From Nitrososphaerota archaeon (GTDB lineage Archaea > Thermoproteota > Nitrososphaeria > Conexivisphaerales > DTJL01), in assembly GCA_021324115.1 (NCBI GenBank), contig JAJPJS010000025.1, positions 200,343 to 264,342 on the forward strand: a DNA stretch of 64,000 bases, written 5' to 3'. Made by a program: the position numbers and the translations under genes. Under the pieces are notes generated by a model. It saw only the letters and a list, made by a program, of their open reading frames with translations, had not been told where the DNA came from and did no database searches. This document shows, piece by piece, positions 43,753 to 53,240 of the stretch; the stretch's first letter is position 1; every line of letters begins with the position of its first letter.

Positions 43753-43801
43753 TGTCAAGCATTTAAACGACTGACCCTTTTGTCGTGCGGACGGGATTTG
43801 A

Positions 43802-44665
43802 TTGAGCTTTAAGGAAACATCAGAGAACCTTTTTGCTGAACATCTGCCCCGAAGAAGGGAGGACTCGAGAAAGGGGGAGAACGGACGGGTTCTTGTCGTC
43901 GGAGGAAGCCGGACTTACCATGGCGCCCCTTTCCATTCCGCCAAGGGAGCTCAGGCGGCGGGTGTAGACCTTGTATACCTGGCGCTGCCTTCGCCCATAG
44001 TATCCCCCATAAGAAGCATGTCAGCAGACCTGATAGTTTATCCCCTCCCTGACTACAAGTTCACAAGTGGGTGTGCAAGGAGACTCCTCAAATGGTTGCC
44101 CATGGTGGATGCCGCGGTCGTGGGGCCCGGCCTTGAGGGGGTACGAGTCGAAGTCCTGTCGGAGTTCATCCGGAACCTGCAGCTGAAAAAGGTCAAGGTG
44201 GTGCTTGATGCCGGTGCGATACAAAGGGGATTAAATCTTCTTCCCGGCTCCAGAGTTGTATTCACCCCTCATGCAGGTGAATTCATGAGGTTGACCGGCG
44301 TCGAACTCCCGAATGTCATAGAAGACAGAGTACCGCTCGTTGCAAGGGAGGCGAAGAAACTGGGGGCGGTGATACTCGAAAAGGGTCATGGAGATGTTAT
44401 CTCAGATGGAGAAACCACATATGTCAACCACACAGGAAGGGCTGCCATGACTGTAGGGGGTACCGGCGACGTGCTTGCGGGACTCACCGCGGGCTTTCTT
44501 GCACTTGGGGTTGGCGAGCTCCAGGCGGCAGCAATGGCGGCTTACGCAAATGGTGTGGCGGGCAAATCCGCATGGTCTGAATTCGGTAACAGGATCACCG
44601 CTTCGGATTTATACGAGAGACTCAGAGTTTTCCTGGGCAGATTTGACAGGGAAGATAAGACTTGA
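43802..44665 (+). CDS. nnrD: ADP/ATP-dependent NAD(P)H-hydrate dehydratase (YjeF C-terminal/carbohydrate kinase family)
   Basis: KGENGRVLVVGGSRTYHGAPFHSAKGAQAAGVDLVYLA and GGTGDVLAG. TTG start. Confidence 0.8.
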   Translation: MSFKETSENLFAEHLPRRREDSRKGENGRVLVVGGSRTYHGAPFHSAKGAQAAGVDLVYLALPSPIVSPIRSMSADLIVYPLPDYKFTSGCARRLLKWLPMVDAAVVGPGLEGVRVEVLSEFIRNLQLKKVKVVLDAGAIQRGLNLLPGSRVVFTPHAGEFMRLTGVELPNVIEDRVPLVAREAKKLGAVILEKGHGDVISDGETTYVNHTGRAAMTVGGTGDVLAGLTAGFLALGVGELQAAAMAAYANGVAGKSAWSEFGNRITASDLYERLRVFLGRFDREDKT

Positions 44666-45402
44666 GCAACACGAATGAACAACAGGACGAGGACAACCTG
44701 GGTCTGGGGAAAGATTGGCACCGGCTTCTGGACGACCTAGACAAGATATCCAGTTACTACGACGAAGGAAATCGGATATTATCCTTTGGAAGTGACATTC
44801 AGCTCAGGACCAGGCTGATTGAGCAGGGACTCCCGGAAAAAGTGAATGGAAGGTTTGTCGACGTGGGTTGTGGACCCGGAACCATGTCAGCGATTGCGCT
44901 TTCCCTGAGACCGGAAACGGCGGGTGTGCTGCTGGACCCGCTCCCGAGCATGCTAGGAGAAGCTGCCAAGAAGCTCGGGGAGGAGAAATGTGACTACGTC
45001 TGTGGGATCTACGAATACCTCCCATTCCGATCTAATGGGTTCGTAGCATGCCTGGCCGGTTTCACACTCCGTGATGCAAGGCACAGAATCGAAGCCTACA
45101 GGGAGATAAGGCGAGTCCTTTTGGAAAATGCGCCCCTTATCATGGCCGACCTCGGCAAGCCGGACTCGTTGATCAAAAGATTCTTTGTTGCAAGTTACTG
45201 GAAATTTCTTGCCCCACTCAGACTGAGGCTTGCACTCGGGGAACGGGGGAAGCCATTTGCCGACATATACCTGACTTACAGGCACCTTCCCAAGAACAGT
45301 GTGCTGCTGGCGGATGTGGAAAAGAACATCGGCCCGACCCGTTTTGAAAAGAGAATGCTTGACGGCGTGGTACTCGTGACTGCCACGAAAAACGCTGTTT
45401 GA
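44662..45402 (+). CDS. Class I SAM-dependent methyltransferase (UbiE/MenG-like)
   Basis: ISSYYDEGNRILSFGSDIQLR (UbiE-like YDxxNxxxSxG) and SAM motif I FVDVGCGPGTMS. The TTG start overlaps the upstream stop (TTGA at 44662..44665). Confidence 0.7.
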   Translation: MSNTNEQQDEDNLGLGKDWHRLLDDLDKISSYYDEGNRILSFGSDIQLRTRLIEQGLPEKVNGRFVDVGCGPGTMSAIALSLRPETAGVLLDPLPSMLGEAAKKLGEEKCDYVCGIYEYLPFRSNGFVACLAGFTLRDARHRIEAYREIRRVLLENAPLIMADLGKPDSLIKRFFVASYWKFLAPLRLRLALGERGKPFADIYLTYRHLPKNSVLLADVEKNIGPTRFEKRMLDGVVLVTATKNAV

Positions 45403-45424
45403 TATCTGTAATTTCGTTTTTCAG

Positions 45425-45437
45425 TTTTCTTTATAAG
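45425..45437 (+). promoter_or_regulatory. Putative TATA element for rps25e (leaderless geometry)
   Basis: ttttctttataag is centred about 27 nt upstream of ATG 45460. Confidence 0.4.
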
Positions 45438-45459
45438 TTGAACGGATAAAGCTTCGTTC

Positions 45460-45798
45460 ATGGGAGGAACAAAGAAGAAGACCCTGGCCGGAATGGAGAA
45501 GGAGCAGACCAAGAAGGCTGAAGAGGATTCTTCAAAGAAGAAGGAGGGGAAGCAGAAGGGAAAGAGGGGAGGTTCCGGGGCAGGGGGAGCCCAGCCGCAT
45601 CTCACGTTTTCGCTACGTGACGATGACGCCCTGTCTTCGCTGAAGGGAATGAAGGCCATAACTGTGTATTCTGCCGCGAAGGCGTTCAACGTCAAGGCGA
45701 GCGTAGCCTCCATGACGCTGAAGAACCTTGAGGAAAGGGGGATGGTCAAGCGTGTTGGAGGTTTCAGTGGTCACTACGTATACTCACTTTCAAACTAA
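45460..45798 (+). CDS. rps25e: 30S ribosomal protein S25e
   Basis: Lys-rich N-terminus followed by a winged helix: ITVYSAAKAFNVKASVASMTLKNLEERGMVKRVGGFSGHYVYS. Confidence 0.8.
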   Translation: MGGTKKKTLAGMEKEQTKKAEEDSSKKKEGKQKGKRGGSGAGGAQPHLTFSLRDDDALSSLKGMKAITVYSAAKAFNVKASVASMTLKNLEERGMVKRVGGFSGHYVYSLSN

Positions 45799-46203
45799 TC
45801 ACTGCTGAAACAGCAGGTCGGCTGTTTCTCCGGGGTTCACACTATCGAGCACTTCCATTCCGGACAGTACATTGCCTATATGATTCATGGGTCTGCTCGC
45901 ATCGGTTTCTGAAAGAATAAATCTTATCGAACCGTCAAGGGGAAGAAAGGCAACATCACCACGGCCAAATCTGCGGACCGGCTTTTCCAGGCCGGCGGTC
46001 ACCCCCGAGACCAAGACAACGGCATTCCCTTCCTTCGTAACGAACCCACGCAACCTCTTCATCTTCAACATGGTACCTATGCAGAAGGGCGCCAGGTGTC
46101 TCACAAGTTCGCCTTTCACCACCTTCCCTGAAGTGAGCGTAAGGGTGAATGGTATTCTAGAAAATGACCTCGCCTGATTCGTGTCAGGGGGGTTGGTTGA
46201 CAA
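45799..46203 (-). CDS. Cyclophilin-like-fold protein of unknown function (TM1367/DUF3830-like)
   Basis: 134 aa. RGDVAFLPLDGSIRFILSE...PMNHIGNVLSGMEVLDSVNPGE resembles the GD(I/V)xYWxPGxxLxIFFG...(I/V)G pattern of cyclophilin-like domain proteins. The assignment is tentative. Confidence 0.45.
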   Translation of the reverse strand: MSTNPPDTNQARSFSRIPFTLTLTSGKVVKGELVRHLAPFCIGTMLKMKRLRGFVTKEGNAVVLVSGVTAGLEKPVRRFGRGDVAFLPLDGSIRFILSETDASRPMNHIGNVLSGMEVLDSVNPGETADLLFQQ

Positions 46204-46228
46204 TCAAAATCACAATCCTCTACCAGGG

Positions 46229-47488
46229 CTAAACCGCACTCGAGACCACCTTGTCCAGCACTTCCTTTCCGAGCAATGTCCCAAGCGACCCATGTGAAGC
46301 TGATTCTTCGTCGAATGAACCGATACCATCGGAACCTAACTTGCTTCGGGATATCATCAGGGGAACCGGATCGTCTGTGTGCGCCTTCGCCAGGCATGGG
46401 GTGGAGTGGTCAGCCGACACGGCTATGGTAACCTTCAAGCCGGCGATTGATGGAAGCAACTTTCCGAAGTATCCGCTGTCTATCTCTGAAATGATCTGTG
46501 TCTTGAGATCCCACAATCCGTCATGCCCGGGTTCGTCTGGGCCCTTGATGTGTATGTACACAACGTCGCACACCTTCAGCGCCTGCAGCGTTAGCTCGAC
46601 CTTTTCTGCATAGTCTCTTGACGGCATAGACCTGTACACCTTGAATCCAACGAGTTTCGATATACCAAGCTCCACCGGCATATCCACCACCGCGCCGAAC
46701 TGAAGGCCATACCTACTGCCAAGCGTGGGCAGGTCTGGGACAGTATCGCCTGCGTCCCTGAGTAGCACTAAATTTGCGGGGAGCGAACCCCTTTTCCGCC
46801 TTTCTGCGTTTTGGGCGGACGAATCAAGAATATCGAAAGCCTTACTCGTGAATTCATTCACCAGGTCCGCCGTTCTCCTCGCTTCCGGACTGTTCGCCAG
46901 AGGTTCGCACTCCCTCACGTGTGACTGGTCGCCAGTACTGCTCGCAACCCCCATGGATCCCAGCCTCGCGTACCCCGGGTCTGTATTCGAAACCTCTCCA
47001 CTAAGACCATCAGGGTGACGCAGCACTAAAACGCATCTATGACCTTGGGTATGAGTGAACGTGAAGGTGGTTCTTCTGTCTTCAAACTTCAGCTTCTTGT
47101 TCAGTTCTTCGGCCAAGGTCTTTCCATCCTGCTGAGTTACATCTCTGCCGGCTCTTCTGTCAATGATACTCATATCCTTTGAACCGGTGGCGAAGTTTGC
47201 ACGCAGAGCCACATCGCCCGTCCTGAACTCCATATCAGCACCAATGGCCTCCACCACGCCACGCCCAACATACTTCTCTCCAAAACCATAACCGAGCATG
47301 TTGAATACTGCAATATCAGATTCGGGCGCTATCCCCTTTCCGACAGAGTAGACAAGTCCCAGGACAGCATCTTTTGCAAGCAGTTTCAGATTCGTGGTAT
47401 TGGCTGACTGGAGGGGGGTCTTTCCCCCGAGGGCAGGTATTGGTCTGTCCCCCACTCCATCCAGGAGGACATAAAGGATTTTTGTCAT
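46229..47488 (-). CDS. apgM: 2,3-bisphosphoglycerate-independent phosphoglycerate mutase, archaeal type
   Basis: MTKILYVLLDGVGDRPIPALGGKTPLQSANTTNLKLLA, HIKGPDEPGHDG and SADHSTPC (alkaline-phosphatase superfamily metal sites). Confidence 0.9.
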   Translation of the reverse strand: MTKILYVLLDGVGDRPIPALGGKTPLQSANTTNLKLLAKDAVLGLVYSVGKGIAPESDIAVFNMLGYGFGEKYVGRGVVEAIGADMEFRTGDVALRANFATGSKDMSIIDRRAGRDVTQQDGKTLAEELNKKLKFEDRRTTFTFTHTQGHRCVLVLRHPDGLSGEVSNTDPGYARLGSMGVASSTGDQSHVRECEPLANSPEARRTADLVNEFTSKAFDILDSSAQNAERRKRGSLPANLVLLRDAGDTVPDLPTLGSRYGLQFGAVVDMPVELGISKLVGFKVYRSMPSRDYAEKVELTLQALKVCDVVYIHIKGPDEPGHDGLWDLKTQIISEIDSGYFGKLLPSIAGLKVTIAVSADHSTPCLAKAHTDDPVPLMISRSKLGSDGIGSFDEESASHGSLGTLLGKEVLDKVVSSAV

Positions 47489-47611
47489 AGCCCGGCTTGG
47501 GGGATGCAGGTATTAATGTTTGATTAGAATGCCTTACCCCACCACCGGACCATGCGCCTTTGTCGATACAATCGCCTAAACCTTATTTGTTAAGGATTTC
47601 GTGAAACCGGC

Positions 47612-48235
47612 GTGCAGAGAGACTACCGGGTGATATCCGGTTGCCTTCTGGTCGTAGGTGTGCTCACCGTACTGTTTGGTATAATGATTGGAGAATTCGA
47701 ATATCCTGGATACAGCGTGGCACAGAATGCACTGAGCGACCTGGGCGCCACATGCAGAGCAGGCGTGTGCAGGGTGTATACGCCATCCTCTTACCTGTTT
47801 AACGGTAGCCTGCTAATCACGGGCGCTCTCGTGGCCCTGAGCAGCGCCTTCATGTATCGTGTATTTCGCTCGAGGCTGTTATCCACCCTTCTGGGCATCG
47901 CAGGCGCGGCTGCCTTTGGGGTTGGTATCTTCCCCGAATCTGCAGGCTCGATACATGGCGAACTTGCAGGAATAACATTTCTCGCGATGGGTTTGGCGGC
48001 GATATATTCGCTGAGGTATGTCAGTTTACCAATGAAACTTCTTTCGGTAATACTCGGAGGGCTGACTGTCGTGCTTGCAGTTCTATTTGAAATGGGACTC
48101 TACTTCTCGTTTGGTTTCGGAGGTATGGAAAGACTGGTTGTTTACCCGACACTTTTCTGGGGGTTGATTTTTGGCGGTTACTTGATCAATCTAGGAACTA
48201 ATATTGTAAATCCCACCCAATCCGATAGTCGTTAA
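47612..48235 (+). CDS. Hypothetical integral membrane protein (DUF998-like, about 6 TM helices)
   Basis: 207 aa and highly hydrophobic, with ALSDLGA near the N-terminus as in DUF998 proteins. Confidence 0.5.
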   Translation: MQRDYRVISGCLLVVGVLTVLFGIMIGEFEYPGYSVAQNALSDLGATCRAGVCRVYTPSSYLFNGSLLITGALVALSSAFMYRVFRSRLLSTLLGIAGAAAFGVGIFPESAGSIHGELAGITFLAMGLAAIYSLRYVSLPMKLLSVILGGLTVVLAVLFEMGLYFSFGFGGMERLVVYPTLFWGLIFGGYLINLGTNIVNPTQSDSR

Positions 48236-48295
48236 ATTTTTGTCAAGATTACTTTTTTCCGTTACGAACTTCCAGTAAGCACCACAGGACGATAT

Positions 48296-48305
48296 GCTTT
48301 AAATC
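48296..48305 (+). promoter_or_regulatory. Putative TATA element for the HerA-like gene (leaderless geometry)
   Basis: gctttaaatc is centred about 26 nt upstream of ATG 48327. Confidence 0.35.
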
Positions 48306-48326
48306 AGGAAGGTGAACCGGCGAACC

Positions 48327-50096
48327 ATGGCTAACATGGCCGCTCAGATATTTGATGATATGGGTGGAAAGTTTCAGGCTCGGCTCAAGGGGATGAGGAC
48401 AGAAACAAAATCCGCTTCTAGCGGTCAGTTTGAAGGCACGATGAACGTAGCGCTTCTGGAGGCTAAATTCGACATGGATGTCTTCGATAGGCTTCATGAT
48501 CCAACATTTGTTGCTATAGAAAGAAGTTCCAATTCAGGAACCACCTACCTGGTTTATGAGGTTGTATCGGTCCACCCGATGCACTACCAGATGCTTGGCG
48601 TGACGGCCAGCATCCCTCAGCAGATAAGGGAAGAATTTCTTGAAAGAGTAAGCGAAAGCTGGGGGCACAGTCAGGAAACCTGGATTGACCTTGGTGCATA
48701 TCAGACGGGTTACAGACTTTCGCTGGTCGCCGGGAAACCTGAATTCGAACGTTCAAGTCTGACCCCGCTTCAGGGCTCTGTAGCCCACATTCTTTCAAGG
48801 GAGTCCGTTGAGGAATTTCTGTGTGTGCGGGATGGCCTGGAAGTGGGTAAGGTGAAGGGGCTGGATATCCGTTTGAAGGTTGACGACCCATCGCTTGTAA
48901 TGTATCACGTCGGTGTTTTTGCTTTTACTGGATCAGGCAAATCCAATCTGACGTCATACATTGTTCGTTCACTCATGGAAAGAGACAGAAGACTCAAGGT
49001 TTGTGTGTTGGATGTCTCCGGAGAGTACGCGGTCCAGCTCATTGACAGGCTCGATGATGGCATGGTTCTAACCACGGAGGAATTTGATGACGTGGAAAAA
49101 TTTGCCCAGTCTCAGGTCATGCCGGAGACGCTTGGTTTGTCGACCAAACAGGAGAAACGCGTTCATGCCATATTTCAGAAGCTCAGAGATGATGGACGTC
49201 TCAAATATCTCATGCTTGATGAACAGACGCTTCAGTGGGATTTGGAAAAGCTGTACCGGATACTTCAGGCCATGCTCGAGGGCGGAAAGGTTGGCTCGCT
49301 TCCCGTGGAGGGAACCCTTTCCTCATTGAAGAGCCACTTTGCATCGAGTGGGACCCCTCAGCGGACACTCATTCAGAAGCTAGGTTCAGCCGACCTGGAT
49401 TACATCATAAAGGAGCTGGAGTCCCTAAGACAGAAACTGCATGAAAAATCGAGTGCCATCAAGGATGTGGACGCGGCACTGGAGATCATAAACATGCAGA
49501 AATCTTCGGCCGGGTCGGTCATAGGCGGGACCCCTGAACAGGCCGCATACGACTTTCTTGCAGGCGACGAAAGGCTGTTGATACTGTATACACCGGAACC
49601 CAGATTGGCTCAAGAAGCTGCCGCCAGGTTCCTCGATAGGATGCTCTTTCTAAAGAAGGTGCACGGCTTTCGACAGAAGGTGCTGGTGGTGATCGATGAA
49701 GCCCAGGAGTTCGCAACAAACGACCCCAGGGGACCACAGATAGACTCGAACAGGGCTGTGGAGGCACTGCTGAGACAGGGAAGGAAGTACGGAGCATCGG
49801 CACTAATAAGCACGCAAAGAGTGGCTCATCTGAACACCAATGCACTGCAACAGCTTCACAGCTATTTCGTCAGCACACTCCCAAGGTATTATGACAGGAT
49901 GGTCATAGCTGACTCCTTCAGCCTTGACCTTGGGGTCCTTCAGAAGACGACGGAGCTTCAGACCGGGGAGTGGCTTTTCGTGAGCTACAAGGCCACAAGG
50001 CAGAAAAACGTTCCTGTGTTTATCGAAGCGCCGAATAACGAAGATGCACTGAGAAAATACCTTTCGGCGGCAGGGCCGGGAACAGAAGCCAGCTAA
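48327..50096 (+). CDS. HerA/FtsK-superfamily ATPase (DUF87, HerA-like hexameric helicase/translocase)
   Basis: ORF 48312..50096. N-terminal barrel-like region (TYLVYEVVSVHP...). Walker A VGVFAFTGSGKSNLTSYIV. Walker B VLVVIDEAQEF. RKYGASALISTQR. ATG 48327 is preferred over GTG 48312. Confidence 0.7.
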   Translation: MANMAAQIFDDMGGKFQARLKGMRTETKSASSGQFEGTMNVALLEAKFDMDVFDRLHDPTFVAIERSSNSGTTYLVYEVVSVHPMHYQMLGVTASIPQQIREEFLERVSESWGHSQETWIDLGAYQTGYRLSLVAGKPEFERSSLTPLQGSVAHILSRESVEEFLCVRDGLEVGKVKGLDIRLKVDDPSLVMYHVGVFAFTGSGKSNLTSYIVRSLMERDRRLKVCVLDVSGEYAVQLIDRLDDGMVLTTEEFDDVEKFAQSQVMPETLGLSTKQEKRVHAIFQKLRDDGRLKYLMLDEQTLQWDLEKLYRILQAMLEGGKVGSLPVEGTLSSLKSHFASSGTPQRTLIQKLGSADLDYIIKELESLRQKLHEKSSAIKDVDAALEIINMQKSSAGSVIGGTPEQAAYDFLAGDERLLILYTPEPRLAQEAAARFLDRMLFLKKVHGFRQKVLVVIDEAQEFATNDPRGPQIDSNRAVEALLRQGRKYGASALISTQRVAHLNTNALQQLHSYFVSTLPRYYDRMVIADSFSLDLGVLQKTTELQTGEWLFVSYKATRQKNVPVFIEAPNNEDALRKYLSAAGPGTEAS

Positions 50097-50293
50097 GCAC
50101 GCAACTTCATCTGTATTCAGCAGACTATCTGAAGCCGATCCGGTTTCAAACTAGTCCATGAGAGAACGATTTGACATGTGGACGTATCGATCGTCCCACA
50201 CTTTTCAGCTGAACCGTGCCTTCTTCAACACGACACGTCACTGCAAAAATGTAATAAACTCAATAAAGCCCACAGATTAGGGCCGCACAACAC

Positions 50294-50968
50294 ATGAAGG
50301 TAGCAATTCTGGGAGGCACTGGTAATTTTGGAAAAGGCATCTCGATAAGACTCTCCAAGGTTCACGATGTGATTCTTGGATCGAGATTCAAGGAAAAGGC
50401 CGAAGAAATGGCCACGAAATATGAAAGGGAGGCAAGGGCAAGCCTTTCTAGGATTGACGGCTCACTATCGGGAACCACAAATGAAGAGGCGGTATCAATC
50501 GCCAGGCTTGTTGTCACTGCAATAAATGCAGGCGCTCTAGAATCCTTTCTCGATTCCTCGTCGGATTTCGACTGGGGGAGCAAATTGGTTCTATCGCCCG
50601 TCACAAGATTCGAATATTCCAAGGGCATCTTCACATACAGACCCTTTCAATCTGCGGGGCGTGAGCTGTCGGCGGCTCAACTTATCAAGCAGAGGCTGGG
50701 AGACCCTGCCCAGGTTGTTTCGGGGATGCAGCTTGTTCCCGCGAGCAAACTTGCCGACCTTGATTCAAAATTGGGGTACGATGTTCCGCTCTGTGGCCCC
50801 AAAGAAGCATGCGCAGAAGTTTCCGGCGTTCTTCGTTGCATCGACGGACTGAGATTCCTCTATGCCGGTCCGTTGAGCATTTCTTATTCAATAGAAGCCA
50901 CACTGCCGCTGATGCTAAATATCGCGGTCAGAAACTCCCTGGGCGAGCCAGGGTTGAGGTTGGTCTAA
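50294..50968 (+). CDS. NADP oxidoreductase, coenzyme F420-dependent family (NpdG-like)
   Basis: MKVAILGGTGNFGKGISIRL Rossmann N-terminus and overall size, typical of NADPH-dependent F420 reductases. Confidence 0.55.
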   Translation: MKVAILGGTGNFGKGISIRLSKVHDVILGSRFKEKAEEMATKYEREARASLSRIDGSLSGTTNEEAVSIARLVVTAINAGALESFLDSSSDFDWGSKLVLSPVTRFEYSKGIFTYRPFQSAGRELSAAQLIKQRLGDPAQVVSGMQLVPASKLADLDSKLGYDVPLCGPKEACAEVSGVLRCIDGLRFLYAGPLSISYSIEATLPLMLNIAVRNSLGEPGLRLV

Positions 50969-50973
50969 CAGCT

Positions 50974-51288
50974 TTGAAACTGGGAAACATCACACTGGCA
51001 TCGATATCAGGCGTATTTCTGATATCTCTCTCGCTGCTGTTCAACTACTCTTACACCTGGAGCACATCGAACTCCCAGGGGGCAATCTCCTACAGGATGA
51101 GGGCATTTGGACTTCCTCTTCAGTACGTTTACCAGGAGGTGAGCAGTCCTGTAGGGCCATCGAGCTTCTTCAAAGTATCACCCGGCAACCTTGTGTTGGA
51201 CTTCGTGGTTTGGGCTGTTCTGGCCTATCTGGTCCTGAGGCTGGCAAGACGCGAAACTTCCCACCAGGTCGCCCCAACCTCAGCTTAA
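50974..51288 (+). CDS. Hypothetical small membrane protein
   Basis: This is the C-terminal two thirds of ORF 50809..51288, lying beyond the npdG-like stop. TTG 50974 gives about 104 aa with two hydrophobic helices (ITLASISGVFLISLSLLF; LVLDFVVWAVLAYLVLRL). There is no homology signal. Confidence 0.35.
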   Translation: MKLGNITLASISGVFLISLSLLFNYSYTWSTSNSQGAISYRMRAFGLPLQYVYQEVSSPVGPSSFFKVSPGNLVLDFVVWAVLAYLVLRLARRETSHQVAPTSA

Positions 51289-51383
51289 TGACCTGGAGCT
51301 GGAATGGGGTTTAATACCGGCTGTACCCCCTTGCAGCATCTCGGCGACACATTTTTCTCAATGCATTTGATGAGGTACACCCG

Positions 51384-52244
51384 TTGAAAACAGACATCCT
51401 GCTGGGAGCACATGTTTCTATAGCCGGATCAATCGACCAGTCTGTGGACCGGGCCCAAGAGCTGGATTGTACAACCTTTCAGATCTTCACCAGGAGCCCA
51501 CATAGATGGAACTATGAGCAGTTGAATCCGGAAGCTGTTTCAACTTTCAGAAAGAAACTTTCGAAATCCGGAATAAAGGTTGCGGTTGTACACATGCCAT
51601 ACCTGCCCAACCTGGCTTCGCCCGACACCAAAGTGCATTCTGAATCAGCAAGGTCACTTGCCGAAGAACTGAAGAGAGCCGACACATTGGGCCTCCCCTA
51701 TGTCGTGACCCATTTGGGCAGTCACATGGGCCGCGGAATCGAACTCGGGCAGAAGAAGGTCGCAGAAGCACTTGTTCAGGCAATGAATGATGGAAGTTCG
51801 GGCAGCATGATCCTTCTTGAAAATATGGCAGGCCAGAAGAATTCCGTGGGGGCAAGCTTCAGTGACATCGGTAAAATAATAGACCTCGCGGGCGGAGACC
51901 ATCGAATTGGGGTCTGCCTGGATACCTGTCATGCATACGCCGCGGGCATAGACATCGCGACTCCAGGAGGCATGGATAGTGCGCTTTCTGATTTTGACAG
52001 CAAGGTTGGCCTCAAGAGACTCAAGGTGATACATTTGAACGATTCAAAGGGAGGATTGGGTTCAGGGCTGGACAGACACGAGAATATTGGTAGAGGTCAC
52101 ATCGGGTTGAGCGGATTCCGCGCCATTCTTTCTAGGAAGGAGATTAGGCATTTGCCCATGATTCTAGAAACTCCCGTGGGTGACTATACGGATTTCAAGA
52201 AGGATATGCAAACTGTGCTGAAGATCCTTTCCCAGACGCAGTAA
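51384..52244 (+). CDS. nfo: Endonuclease IV (deoxyribonuclease IV, AP endonuclease)
   Basis: LLGAHVSIAGS, THLGSH, LENMAGQ, CLDTCHAYAAG and IHLNDSK. TTG start. Confidence 0.9.
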   Translation: MKTDILLGAHVSIAGSIDQSVDRAQELDCTTFQIFTRSPHRWNYEQLNPEAVSTFRKKLSKSGIKVAVVHMPYLPNLASPDTKVHSESARSLAEELKRADTLGLPYVVTHLGSHMGRGIELGQKKVAEALVQAMNDGSSGSMILLENMAGQKNSVGASFSDIGKIIDLAGGDHRIGVCLDTCHAYAAGIDIATPGGMDSALSDFDSKVGLKRLKVIHLNDSKGGLGSGLDRHENIGRGHIGLSGFRAILSRKEIRHLPMILETPVGDYTDFKKDMQTVLKILSQTQ

Positions 52245-52269
52245 CGGACCGCCCCAGGTCAATTTTGGA

Positions 52270-53034
52270 TTATTTGTTACCGGAACTCGTCCTTCCCCCA
52301 AACCTAGATTTCATGATGTCAAGCTTGAGAAGTTGAATGGCCAGCGCAGGGTCCACGCCCTTGGGGCAGACAACTGAACAAGCCCCGGCGTATTCGCATC
52401 CCCATACATCATCAAGTGTATCGAGTTTAATGAGTCTTTCCCTTTCCCCTTCATCCCTTGAATCCGAGTTGTATCTGTACGCCTGAGACAGCGCCTGGGG
52501 GCCAATGAAGCTCGGATTTGTGTTGGAAACGGGGCAGGCATCAACGCACAGCCCACATTTTATGCAGTTTGCAAAGTCTAGGTAATGGTCCACCTGTGTC
52601 CTGGTCTGGACGTATTCCTTTTCCGCCTTGAATTTTTCTTCTGTATCTCTTCTGATCAGCCAGGGGTTCGCGTACGCATGCTTCTTGAAGAACTCGTTGA
52701 ACTCTGTTGCCAAGTCCTTTAACTGGACAAAAGCTTCAAGCGGGCCGACCTCCACCTTATCCGTTCCAAGGGAAAAAAGATTTGTCTCGCAGGCCAGTCT
52801 CGGCCTGCCGTTAAGCACCATCGCACACGAGCCACATATACTCATCCTGCAGCTGTATCGCATTGAAAGGGTTTGGTCTTGGGTCTCCTTTATTCTGATC
52901 AATGCATCAAGAACGGTGGTGAACCTGTCCGCTTCAAGGGAATAGGTTTTTGTAACGAACTCTGAAGAGTCCGGGTCGTACCTTTTTACCACCAGGTTGA
53001 ACCGGCGAATCCCCCTGCTCTGACTCCCGCTCAT
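52270..53034 (-). CDS. sdhB: Succinate dehydrogenase/fumarate reductase iron-sulfur subunit
   Basis: 2Fe-2S CRMSICGSCAMVLNGRPRLAC. 4Fe-4S CIKCGLCVDACP. 3Fe-4S CEYAGACSVVCP. Confidence 0.9.
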   Translation of the reverse strand: MSGSQSRGIRRFNLVVKRYDPDSSEFVTKTYSLEADRFTTVLDALIRIKETQDQTLSMRYSCRMSICGSCAMVLNGRPRLACETNLFSLGTDKVEVGPLEAFVQLKDLATEFNEFFKKHAYANPWLIRRDTEEKFKAEKEYVQTRTQVDHYLDFANCIKCGLCVDACPVSNTNPSFIGPQALSQAYRYNSDSRDEGERERLIKLDTLDDVWGCEYAGACSVVCPKGVDPALAIQLLKLDIMKSRFGGRTSSGNK

Positions 53035-53240
53035 TCTCGTCTCCTCCCGTGAATGTATATCGTTCTTACGCTTACAGCTCCGTAAATTATCGAGCCTGCT
53101 CCTATCAGAATCTCAACAACATCTCTTACAACGCCAAACGCACTACCTGAAAGGGGCGATAATATTGCAAGAATTATTATCAGCACGGGGACGCCTATCA
53201 TCCCCAGATACTGGAAGAACATCAATGTCGAACCTTTCAT
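53031..53240 (-). CDS. Small hydrophobic protein in the sdh operon (putative membrane anchor, SdhD-like)
   Basis: ORF 53031..53282. ATG 53240 overlaps the upstream stop (ATGA), and its own stop overlaps the sdhB ATG (ATGA). It is 69 aa with two predicted TM helices. Confidence 0.5.
   Translation of the reverse strand: MKGSTLMFFQYLGMIGVPVLIIILAILSPLSGSAFGVVRDVVEILIGAGSIIYGAVSVRTIYIHGRRRE

Noticed and set aside
50809-50973. N-terminal 55 codons of ORF 50809..51288, overlapping the npdG-like gene in another frame
   Set aside because: The overlapping part is Arg-rich and non-hydrophobic, whereas the part beyond the npdG stop looks like a membrane protein. Only the distal part (from TTG 50974) is retained, and at low confidence.
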